This document shows positions 1 to 10,792 of a stretch of 64,000 nucleotides of DNA, one piece after another; positions within the stretch are counted from its first letter, which is position 1, and each line of letters starts with the position of its first letter. A program made the position numbers and the translations under genes. Source of the DNA: Selaginella moellendorffii (taxonomy: Eukaryota; Plantae; Lycopodiophyta); contig NW_003314267.1 in the NCBI RefSeq assembly GCF_000143415.4, positions 574,817 through 638,816 on the forward strand, given 5' to 3'. The notes beneath the pieces are model-generated. The model worked only from the letters and a program-made list of their open reading frames with translations. It searched no databases and was not told the origin of the DNA.

Positions 1-62
1 TAGGGTAAAGGAGGATCAAGCACAGTGTTTGATGATCAAGAGTAGCAATTGATGGGTGATGG

Positions 63-680
63 ACATATACAAACTGTGAAAGTATAGCCTATCAAGGTTT
101 GAAGCTAGATGTGTCAAAAACATTACCACAGGGATAATTGGCTTGTGGTAGCTAAGTGTTCATAGTGACATTGCTTTTTGATCCTTTGATGTCATTGTGA
201 AGTAGAATTTACCAAGTGTTGGATTGTTCACCCACCAATAGGGAATATGAGCTAGGTTTAGACTATTGTGAGACAGGCTAGTTTTACCCACTAATGCCTT
301 GTGTCACAATAGTAATTGAACTTAGTATAAGAGGAATTGTTGATTCGCACAATTGGTCATTGCACTTGATTGAAAAGCTAGTGGTGCAAAGCTACTATGT
401 ATGGGATTATAACTAAATGACTCTAAGTCAGAATCCATGCTAGATGTGGTGCCATCTACCTCTTGTGTTGTTACTTGATCTTAGATAGGGGTGCCATGTG
501 CACCCTAGGGGACTTGTGCATGACTAAGCTTGCTGCTTGTGCTGAACCTATAAACACACATTGAACAACTTGGGAGATAAATCCTTTGCAATGACTTAAA
601 TAAGGGATGGAGTACTATAAGTGGTAGAGTAGCCTTGCTGCTATGATCTACTAAAGTTCATCCTTCTGTCTCCAAGATTT
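63..680 (+). pseudogene. Degenerate orphan fragment of the 25S/26S (LSU) rRNA gene 3' end
   Basis: Matches conserved eukaryotic LSU 3' sequence (TTACCACAGGGATAA.TGGCTTGTGG, GGATTGTTCACCCACCAATAGGGAA, GTGGTAGAGTAGCCTTG). It carries many C>T/G>A changes and lacks GGCTCTTCCTATC near 194. Confidence 0.9.
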
Positions 681-699
681 TCCCTCAACAATGGCTTCA

Positions 700-1078
700 C
701 TAGTTTTGGTTCCTCCAGGCCTTGGCTACAGGCCTTGGCTCCTCCATGCCTTGGCTCCTGTAGGCCTTGGCTCCTCCAAGCCTTGGCTCCCAGCTCTCCC
801 AACACTAGTGAGGTTTTGAGTAGTCCCAGAAGTCCAAGAAGTCCCAGGAGTCTGGCTACTTGATGGTGGGAGCAGTCAAGTAGTTGGACTTTTGGGACTT
901 CTCGGACTCCTGGGATTACTTGGACTCCTGACATGTTAGATTGTATCACAGCCTAAATCATGTGGCATATGGAGCGAGTGACCCAGGTAGAGCAGCGGTT
1001 AGGGGTTGGGAGGACTCTCGGGAGTCTGAGTAGTCTCGAGAGTCTGAGAAGTCCTGAGAGTCAAGGCTGCTTGACTGC
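700..1078. repeat. Short subrepeat region just 3' of the LSU fragment (IGS-like)
   Basis: CCTTGGCTCC units at ~705-795. GAGTC/AAGTC units at ~815-860 and ~1010-1075, with an inverted copy at ~885-930. Confidence 0.6.
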
Positions 1079-1848
1079 TCCTATTCAAATTCAAAAACTC
1101 AGTCCCACCTCAACTTAACTTGTTTTTAGTTAAGCCAGTATCAATTCACATTTAAAACTTAAGTCCCCAATTTAAAAACATATACCCACAGTAGTATATG
1201 CTCAAAGAATTTAGCCTAAGTTTTACAACTTAAGATGTTTTTATACATCATTCCTAAAATTACAAATAAAAGTCATCCAAGCCACAAGCTACATCATATA
1301 CCCATGTCAAAAGTGGCACCAAGAAGCCCCTCTGTTCCTAAAATAAGTCACCTCTTAACTTAGGTATAAGGATTTAGAAGTTAGGTTGGGAATGTACTTA
1401 AGTCAATTTTAAATACACCTCATGTGTGAACACTACATAACTTCTCAACTTTCTTAAGAAATCTGACTTGAAAATGATGTAAGATTCATGGTGTGTGAGG
1501 GCATCCTCATTCTAAAGTGGACTTAAGTGTGACTTAAGTTACATATCCTAACCTAGCTTAATTTTTTTTGAGTTATGTTAGGATTGATTCACACTAGGGC
1601 AGGATTGATTCACACTAAACAGAATGTCCTTCATTTTTGCATTTTGTACAAAAGACTCCTTGTTTAAGCTTAATTAAAGCTAACTTCTTCAATACATGTT
1701 TAATGTCTTTACCCTATGTCTATTTCTTCTTGGTTTTGATTAGTATTTCTTCCTCTTCATCATCAGAGTCATCATTAGCTGAGAAGATTAACCTTTAGTG
1801 AATTGCTTAAACCGTTTCTCAAGTTTTAAGATTCCTTGAGAAAGTGAA

Positions 1849-4800
1849 TCAACACTTTCTTTCATCAAGTGTATCAGCCAAGGCTATCATGTTTTGATAG
1901 GCTTCTAGTAATCCTTGTATATAAGATAAACTCTTGCCTTTATCAGTGATTAGATATTTACATTTCTTTGCATGTAAGTTGAATCGTCTACATTCTCCAT
2001 CGAAAGGGAACCCTAGATTATATTCCTCTCTGCACGGAAGCATATTCACGATATGTGGTGGAATATCCCATGCCTAATCTTCGTTGGGAAAAGTATGGCT
2101 TGATGCTGTTCCTGATTGTTCATCTTGACAATCTGGTTGAATTTTTTTATGCAATTCTGAATCTTCTGACTTACTTCTTGTGAAAATCATATATGTAGTT
2201 ATGCTTCCAATTGTACTCATCAAGTTGATGATTGCCATTGTGGTTGCTGATCTTGAAAGTTTGGTTGGTGAGCTTTGGGTTGTATAAACCCCTTGATCTA
2301 AAGTGTCATCCTCAATCAAGTTTGAATCTGGTGTAGTTGTGATAGATGTTTTCTCACTTGGTCTTTGGGAACTAGTAATTCCTGTTTTGTTTTGAAATTC
2401 TTGTTCAACTTTATCTCATAACTCAGTTATTATACACTCTTGTTCCTCTGTATGTTTTAGTTGGAAAATGTTCCTTTGTTCATTTCTTATTTGGTTTCGT
2501 AAATCTCTTTCTTGAGCTTTTATAGGATTGGTCCTATTGGGGTACATTTAGTTATCTAAATATATTGAGATATTCTTGTTTTAAAAACCTTCACTTTGGT
2601 GGTATATTTGTGTAAAGTTGAAGTCAAGCTATATGTCTTGAGTCTTCTAGTTAGTCTCTTGAAATTAGGCATTCAAGCCTTAAATCTTCAAGGTATAATT
2701 GGATTCAAGCTCTATGTCTTGAGTATCCTTGTAATAATATTTGTTTGAAGGTGTATATGTGTATGTATTATTATCCTGAAACTTGTTTGTTTGGAAGTCA
2801 ATCTATATCTTCAATCATAATCAGAAGTCAAGCTCCCGGCTTGAATCTTCAATCGAGTATTTCTTTCTCGATTCTTCCCGAGTCTCTACTCGAGGTTACT
2901 TTCCTACTTGGACTCAAGAAAGGTATTTTTATATGGTTAAAGTAGTTGATAAGATGTCAGGTGTGGTGCTCTTTTCCAACATTTGGATCGAATAGATATA
3001 TATATTATCAAGATCCAACAAATTTCTTTAGCTTTGATCTCGTGTGTGCACAGAACTATGCAGCATTCTTTTCTCTAAGGTCCTTTCTTTATCTTGAGGT
3101 AGGTATGTTCATGTATAGCACTTTTGTCGAGTGTAAAATCTCCTTGATCTAATGTGTTGTAAACTAAACTAAAGTAACATTTCTGTATTCAATTAGTAAT
3201 CGCTTGTTTACTTCCTGCAACTCTGTAATTTCTCATGTCTATCAAATGAATTCTTGATCTTGTTAGCTTCTTATGTTAACTCATTGGTTTTGCCTTACAT
3301 GTCACCTTCAATTTCGTGATGGTTCATTTCTCTGATTCTGTACTTGCTAGTGTTGTTTAACTTCCCTCTGTTGTATAGCATGTTCTCTTTCACGATTAGA
3401 GTTGATTGCTTCGCAAGCTTCCCAAGGTATAGTCTCAATTAATATTCTTGCATTTTAAGTTTGAAATCTTGACACAGGATCCCCTAAAATACTCCTTAAA
3501 ATGTTGAGATTTCTTGGATACACCCTTCCTTGTTTGTTGTGAGTGATATTTATCTCTAAGCTAGGGCTTCGACATTAGACCTCAGTGTTAAAGTTGAAGT
3601 TTGTTACAGCATTTAATCTTAGCCCATTTTGATTCCATCTTAAATTTCTCCTTCTTTGATTCGTAGTCCTTGAGCTTTCAAGTTGTTCCTTTGAACTTGA
3701 CTCAAGTTTAGGTTCCCATCGGTTTTTTGAACTCGAATTCCTAATTCAAATTTGTCAATTTCTTTGTCCTTGATTTCTTAATTCTCTAGCTATTCTTGTC
3801 CATCCTAAATGATGCCAATATGCTATAATATATAATTCGATAAGAGTGCTTGTTGGTAGCGTTACATCAAGAGGACTTTGAAGAAGTCGATAAAGTAATT
3901 TTGCATTCTCTTCAAAATCTCTAAATCTAAGAGTGTCAACAAACTAACAAACTTGTGGTTCAAAGGTTCTACACTCTGTTGCTACTATGACTCTCATCAA
4001 TGTTAAAAATAAGCGTTAATGGTTGAAAAGTTTCATATTTACGTATGCCTAGAAATTCGATAATTGTTTGTTGAAAGATGTGTTCGCCATACACCCAAGT
4101 TAAGGTTTTTCGAGTTGTAAAGAAATTGAAGTAAACATATTTTTCTTTCAATATTTCCTCATTTTCACATTCTTCCTATTTGCTAGACAATTCGTAAAAG
4201 AGTTATAAAATTGTTTCTTGGAGTTTTAGAAAGCAACTGAAACTTTGTTTCTCTTCTTGTTCTAAGCTATCGTTAATCTTTTTGATTTTGTATTCTTGGG
4301 TAATTTCTTTCACCTTATTTTCTCGGTTTTTTCTAACTTCTATTGCAGATTTTTCATCCTTGATTCTTAACTTTGCTTTTGTTAGTTTGCAAGTGTTGCA
4401 ACGCTATTTAGGACAATATTGTGTGTATGGTTTGGCACAATTCCTAAAACCACACAAAAGGTAATCTTCATATCTTGTACACTTGGGATCATTGAATGGA
4501 CATTCATGCTTGATCATTCTTCATGTTTTCATGTTTGTTAACTTGCTTGCTTTGATTTCTTGTCAAAAATTCTTCAAATATTCTGATGTGTAGAATATTT
4601 TTTGTCTTTAATTATGGAAAATGCTTGGACTTTTTGAGAAGTGGGCGATCACTAGATGATTGTAGTCTTCAAGCTATTAGTCTCTAGCATGATTGCCATG
4701 CCTCTTGCTTTAGGATTTTGTCAATTTTCTTCTTTTTCATTTTGTTTTCTTCTTTTTGTCTCTTTTCAATTTTTCCCACAATTCTTGACTTCAGCTTCTT

Positions 4801-4876
4801 CTTCTAGTTGTGGCCAAGGCTTCTAGTCTTCATTCTTTGGGTGCTCTTCACTTCACCTATCCCACCATGGTTGCCA
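1849..4876 (-). mobile_element. Decayed element of unknown type: tRNA-Arg-like PBS followed by two long eroded ORFs (~4532-2740 and 2547-1849)
   Basis: Minus strand TGGCAACCATGGTGGGA (4860-4876) follows ...CA-ctt. ORFs 2074..2319 and 1849..2049 are in frame with the ATG at 2547. The larger frame is broken by TGA/TAA/TAG stops compatible with C>T decay. Confidence 0.45.
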
Positions 4877-5089
4877 AAGTGGATAACTACAAAATCACCT
4901 CTACAATAATCATGTGTAATATATGGCCAAGGATATAAAAAGACAGAAAGGGGATAGGTCTAGTGTGCTATCACTAGCCTATATATTCATTATATGCTCA
5001 GTCATCCAAGTCAGAAATTTGGACTGGTAGAAATCCTGATCTCAATTCCTATCACAATGCAAAATGCATATACCTCTCTAAGGGATGTA

Positions 5090-5570
5090 CTTTAGCAGAG
5101 ATTTGGAAGGCCTGCTACACTAGGATGTTCAATGATAAAAGCCCCTCAACTTGGGCAACAATCTCAAAGGTTTGGTCATGATTGATTGTCTCACTAGTAT
5201 CTAGAGTGGACACGCTGATAAAAAGAGGAAACGAAGGGAAGATTGTGTAGGAACATGTTCTTTTGCAGTTCTTTAGACTTGGAAGCGAGGCTAGTGAAGA
5301 CGAATGGATTTGGAAACCACCAATATGGCTCTAGCATCACTTGTTCAGGAGTGATAGAACATGTACCTCCCCAAGTCCCTCGAACTCCCCATCAAAGACT
5401 TTGACCACACGAACCATGACAAACATAAACTCAAGCTTCAGTTCAGCTCTAGCCCCCTCACCCCCCTACCCCCGCCCCTTTCTCTTTTCCAGTTTCAAGC
5501 ATGTTGAAACTAGACTCTATGGTTTTGTAAAGACTAAATAAGTAAAACCCGGTTGACAAACTCGAACTAC
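5090..5570 (+). mobile_element. LINE (L1-like) ORF2 C-terminus and probable 3' UTR
   Basis: Translates AEIWKACYTRMF...WIWKPPIWL*. The downstream 5430-5570 segment recurs, diverged, at 7130-7270. Confidence 0.55.
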
Positions 5571-5876
5571 CAAAACCCCAAGTTTAGCAAGAAGAGGAGT
5601 GCCTTGAGAGTTGACTTTTGAGCTTGATCTAGAGTAGGACTAAGAGTAGGAGAGAAATAAAGACAATGTGGAGAAGCAAGCCATGCCTTGGTTTCACTAA
5701 ATTTGCATGTTTCATAAGTGAGAAAGTGTTAAGAGTACTCTTTTAGTCACTGTGAGCTCCCCAGTTGGATTTTCCATGATTTCTTTTCATGGCTGGAGAG
5801 AGCACATCCTCACAATCCATCTGAGTCCAAGAATGATTTGGAGCCAGGAATTAGGAGATTAAGGTGACCCTATCTC

Positions 5877-5992
5877 TGGCGGTGGCTAGGGTATGGATGA
5901 CCTAAGGATTGTGGCGGTGGCTAGGGTATGGATGACCTAAGGATTGTGGCGGTGGCTAGGGTATGGACGACCTAAGGATTGTGGCGGTGGCT
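5877..5992. repeat. 35-bp minisatellite, 3.3 copies
   Basis: TGGCGGTGGCTAGGGTATGGATGACCTAAGGATTG starts at 5877, 5912 and 5947 (one mismatch), with a partial copy at 5982. Confidence 0.95.
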
Positions 5993-7284
5993 GAACTAAG
6001 TACTTTTTCAGCGATTGCAATGGTGGGAAGCTAGATCCATCCAAGGAGCACACACCAGAGAAACTTTGTGGCAATCCAATAGTTCATGAGCAAGATCCAA
6101 ATGTTCAAATTTCAAAATATGGTTCAAGTTTGGGGCTTTGGGGTCCATGGTTGTTAAGACTGCTTCTAAGGACACTAGCTGCACAGAACTTCAATGGCAA
6201 AGTCCTCTTCTTCCTCATTCACTTGGGGTTTGGAGTTTTGGGGTTTAGAGAGCCAAGCTTCACCTAAGGAGGGTACAACTTGCTTGGCACCATTACAGCT
6301 GGTCATTTGAACATGCAAAGGACACTATTCTCTAACACACACCAAGTCCTTCAAACTACATTGCAACACTTCCCTACCTTCCGATTGCATACCTAGTTCC
6401 AATTGGCAATGGAACAACTTTCAATGGCACACCAAAGTCCCAATTTGTACAATACAACTGTGTTGGCCAATTCCTTTCTTGCCTTGGTTGTGAATTCACC
6501 ATGATCAAAGCACTCGAAGCACCCCACTTAGATGTATGGGATGTTTTGAGGGGCACAATTCATATTAGAGGCTGCATTAAGCTAGCTTGTTGGAGTGCGA
6601 AAACGTTCGGATCCTAGAGGAGTGGCCCACCTTTGGTCATGATTCCTGATGGATAGCACCAAGGGTATGGCTATACTGGTATGAGGCCATGGGATTGGTA
6701 TAGTGGCACTACACTTGCACGGCCTGATGGGAGGCTAGAAACAGCAATCCTAGTTAGAGGGGATCGGTCACACAGCAGTGAGGAGAGGACTTCCAAGCAG
6801 CAATAGCATCACCATTACTGAAGATTGTACATTTCCTCCTCAGTTCACCGCACTATAGGATCCAAAACTATACATCTTTAGGGGCTTTTTATATCTCTGG
6901 GAAACTGTAGGCACCATAAATTAAAAATAATTAAAACTAAAAATAATTTGCAAGGGCAATCACAATCAACTCAAGTCCCTCATATCGATAGACGCAATGA
7001 GGTTGGGGACTATGGATAAGGTACAAAGTTCACCACCACTATGGATAGGGAGCACGTGTTTGTGGAGTGAGTGGTACGGATCTAGGCTACACAGGACTAG
7101 ACTCTAGTTCCTTGATCTGATCTGCATAGAACCGAGCTCTAGTTCCATTAATCCCCCTTTCATCACTACCCCCCATATGCTCTTTTTTGGTTTCAAGCAT
7201 GTCAAAGTTGGACCTCTATGGGTTTTAAGAGGATAAATATGAAAAACTCTATTAGACAAACTTAGACTACTCATTTCACGAGGA

Positions 7285-8456
7285 GGTGCCAAAGTGGACT
7301 GGCAATCGGTCACACTACCCAAGCAAAAAGGAGGACTGAACATAATCAATATTGAGGAACAATAAAAGGCAATCCTTTTCAAGATCCTTATGAGGATGCT
7401 AATGCCAGGCAACCAACCTTGAAGATTGCTACTACAACACTAGTTCCTCAAGGTCCTCTTAGATTGCTAAGAACACACATGACAAGACTACGGACCAAAC
7501 AAATAATGGATGTTCTTAGATGCCAAACTCAAAATGCTAGGTGCCAACACCTTCACAAGGAAGCTTTTCAAGGCTTGGTACCAACTTAAGTCTAAATTAC
7601 AACACAAACAGCCATGGATCAAGGAACATCTAGATCGACAGCCAATTTTCCTTAGCAAATTGTTCTATGTCGAGGGAAAAATACTCGGTGAAATGGAATA
7701 TAGAGGCCTAGACCAAACCTGCAAGGACCTACACAAAGTGGGCTTATGCACGTATATAGAGGTCGATACCATGATCCAAGAGCACCAAACAACCAACAAC
7801 TACGATTGGATCAAAGCCTTCTACAGCCTAGACTTTTTAGAACATAGGATTTGAAAATTCCGAACTGCCTTCTGTAAAGCCCAACGGGTGTGCCTTGAGA
7901 CATTACAAATAATTGACATGTCACTTCATCGATGGTGGAAGCTAAACGACACTATCATTTGCACACTCCCAAGCAAGACCTCTAACCTGATCTTTGAGGT
8001 GGGACATGTGGGATGACTTCTTCCCATCAATACCCCAAAATATGAGGATCTTCTTGATATGACCACTACCCAACCTATCTGTGTCATCCAAATGGAGAAG
8101 AAGACAGGACACATAGACCTAACAATTTTGGAGCAATAGTATGCTAGACTCTATTGGTTCTGCCACCAAATCCTAGACGAACTATAATGGGAGTTGGTGG
8201 AGTGGGAATGGAAGGACACATGCAAGGTGTTCTTTCAATATAAGACCAAGCTCGGCCGATGAATGATCTACCTCCCGATGCATTCTACTTTTATCCAAAA
8301 AGCAAGAGCCTAGCAGATCCCCCCGCCCCCCCAGAACCACCCAAAGTGTGTGAACAGGATTTGGAAAGGCCATTGGTCTACCAAAAATTGCTATCTAATA
8401 TGGCTAACCCAACAAGAATAGCCACCTTTGCAAACTTGTGTTGGAAACATCAATAG
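7285..8456 (+). mobile_element. LINE (L1-like) ORF2 fragment, post-RT region, with stops
   Basis: KVDWQSVTLPKQKGGLNIINIEEQ*KAILFKILMR matches the plant L1 W..V..PK..GGL motif and continues into ORF 7510..7854. Confidence 0.75.
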
Positions 8457-8469
8457 TAACTAGCTATAC

Positions 8470-8830
8470 TAAGGAAATTGCATAACTCTGCTATTGAAGT
8501 TGGTGTAAACTAGTTCTCCACCACAGCCACTGTCCTTGGATCCATTTTGACACCCTTAAATGTCACAATATGGTCTAGATACTCCACCTTTAACTTTGCA
8601 AACTCATATTTCTACTTCTTCACATAAAGTTTACTATCAAACCATCTAGCACCTTAGAATGTGTTTCTATTAGTATCATATAAAAAACACATACTTGAAG
8701 CAACATGTAAAACACCCAAATTTAGCTACCAGCAGAGACATATAATTATAATCCTTAATATCCCTAAGTGGCTTCTCCTTAACATTGATGACAACTTGAA
8801 GCACAACTCTAGTTCTCCTTTAGTGTTTTA
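8470..8830 (-). mobile_element. Ty3/Gypsy reverse transcriptase remnant
   Basis: Minus strand reads KLYVKK*KYEFAKLKVEYLDHIVTFKGVKMDPRTV (cf. KCEF....VEYLGH.V...G...DP.KV). Confidence 0.7.
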
Positions 8831-9599
8831 TATAAGAGAATTGTAGTTGTGGAAAGAGACATGAAGAATTTCTCACTAGGAACTACTCTAGTGACTAGCT
8901 GGGACAGCATCAATCTCACAGCCGACCTAGAGGTGTTTACACAAAATCAAGAGTTCAAAGTCATCCACTGCAGGTAAAATGAACACCTTCAAAAAAGCTT
9001 GCCTAGCCATGGCAGTATGGCTACCATTGTGAGAGCCAACTTGTCACATGTTGAAACCCAATGTAGAACCTGAAAAACCTGAGAGTTTTTCCTTCCTCGA
9101 CTTTATTTGCTATGTCTCTAAAGAGCTAGATGCTATTAGCTAAAGCACTCTCAAGCTTCTCTGCAGAAAGGAGAAAGAACTAATGTACAGCTTTCTGGAT
9201 CATGCTGTGTTAGTCACTCCTCTCCGGCTTGGGTGGAGTGAGCTCACACCTGGAGCTCTTGGGTCTCCATCTTTGGTGCTGGGTGGCCACTGACCACCAA
9301 AACATTCCAGTGCCACAAAGATCCCACAAGGATCCTCTCTCTACAATTGCCTCTTCTTGTTGAGGAAGAAAAACTTGCCTGAAGAAACTCCTAGCAATCA
9401 TCAAGCTCCTCGCTTGCATTCCCAAACCCTAGACACATCCTCCTCCCCAAGTTGCATTTTGAGCACATATCTTCCTCCTCCACAGCCATCACCAGCCCTG
9501 CCACGCATGATCCCCTCTCCTACTTATTGCCTAGCATATGCTGCCCAGTTAGCAAGCACTATTTTGATTATCATAGTATCAAACATTAGCATCATTATT

Positions 9600-10792
9600 T
9601 GCGGTTATTCAAGGCAAGTGTTTGAGAAAACCCAGTGAAGAATCTTGTCAGCTGGAATGTTGCTATTGCAGCAATTGCCACAGCTAGGGAGCTGGAGGAG
9701 GCATGGCAATTATTTGATGGGATGCCTTTTTACAGTCTCATGTCATGGACAACAATGATCACTACATATGCAGATTGTGGAATGGTTGATGAAACAAAAA
9801 ATTAGTTTCTTGCACTGGCGCACAGAGACGTCATCTGCTGGAAGGTAATGCTTTTGTGCTATGCCCAAACCTGGCATCTGAAAGAAGCCATTGCCCTCTT
9901 CAATGAGATGCCAAAGCAAGATGTTTCGTTGTATAAAACTATGATATCAGTTTTGCCATCAAGAAATTATTTAGAAAATGTGAAGGATCTATTTGATACT
10001 ATGCCATTATGAACTATAGCCGCTTGGAACTTTCTGATTATGGCAAATGCTGAGAATGGGCAAAGTGAAAAAGGTGGCCATTGTTTTCTTTGAGATGCCT
10101 GAGTGGGACTGCTGCTCATGGAACAGCCTCTTGGGTGCGATTGCGGAGTCTAGGAGGATTGATGATGCAATCGTGATGTTTCAGAGAATCCCTTTCAAAG
10201 ACACAGTTTCATGGAACCTGATGATTGTGGCAATAGGTTCCCGCGGCCATATCCACGAGGTGCAAGCTCTCTTTGCTGTGATGCCACAGAGAAACATTGT
10301 CTCATGGAGCACAATGATCAGAGCTTGTGAGCAGTAGGGACTGGCTGTGGACACAAAGATTGTGTTTGATTCCATGGAGTCTCAAGACACGGTCTCGTGG
10401 AATTCACTTCTGGCAGCTTACCTTGCGAGCGATTGAGTGGGTGATGCTAGAAAAGTGTTTGATTCCATACGTGATTGAGATGCGGTGTCATGGACATCGA
10501 TGATCTCCACCCACACTGCACGGGGCCAGATGTGCGCTCTTCGATTCCATGCCATGGTGAGTTGTGGTGTGTGGAATGCAATCATCTCCGGCTACACAAG
10601 GAGCAGCAATCTAGATGAGGCACAGCTTTCCTTTGGTCAGATGCCCCATTGCAACACTATGACAATCAATGCCATGGTTGCAAAGCTTGCATTTGGTGGT
10701 AGGATTCAAGACCTACAGTCCGGGAGGATTGAGGAAGCCAGGGCACTGTTTGATCACTTGAGCCTGGAGAATTGGGACAATCAGAGCAAGAT
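9600..10792 (+). pseudogene. PPR pseudogene A, 5' part (cut at the inversion breakpoint)
   Basis: Repeated VSWN/SWT..I..F..MP motifs (ORFs 10047..10337 and 10485..10802) with stops and frameshifts. Confidence 0.85.

Noticed and set aside
930-1078. Linked 5S rRNA gene after the LSU fragment
   Set aside because: No recognisable 5S sequence on either strand by eye.
5877-5992. CRISPR-like 35-bp repeats
   Set aside because: The repeats are head-to-tail with no spacers, and the context is eukaryotic.
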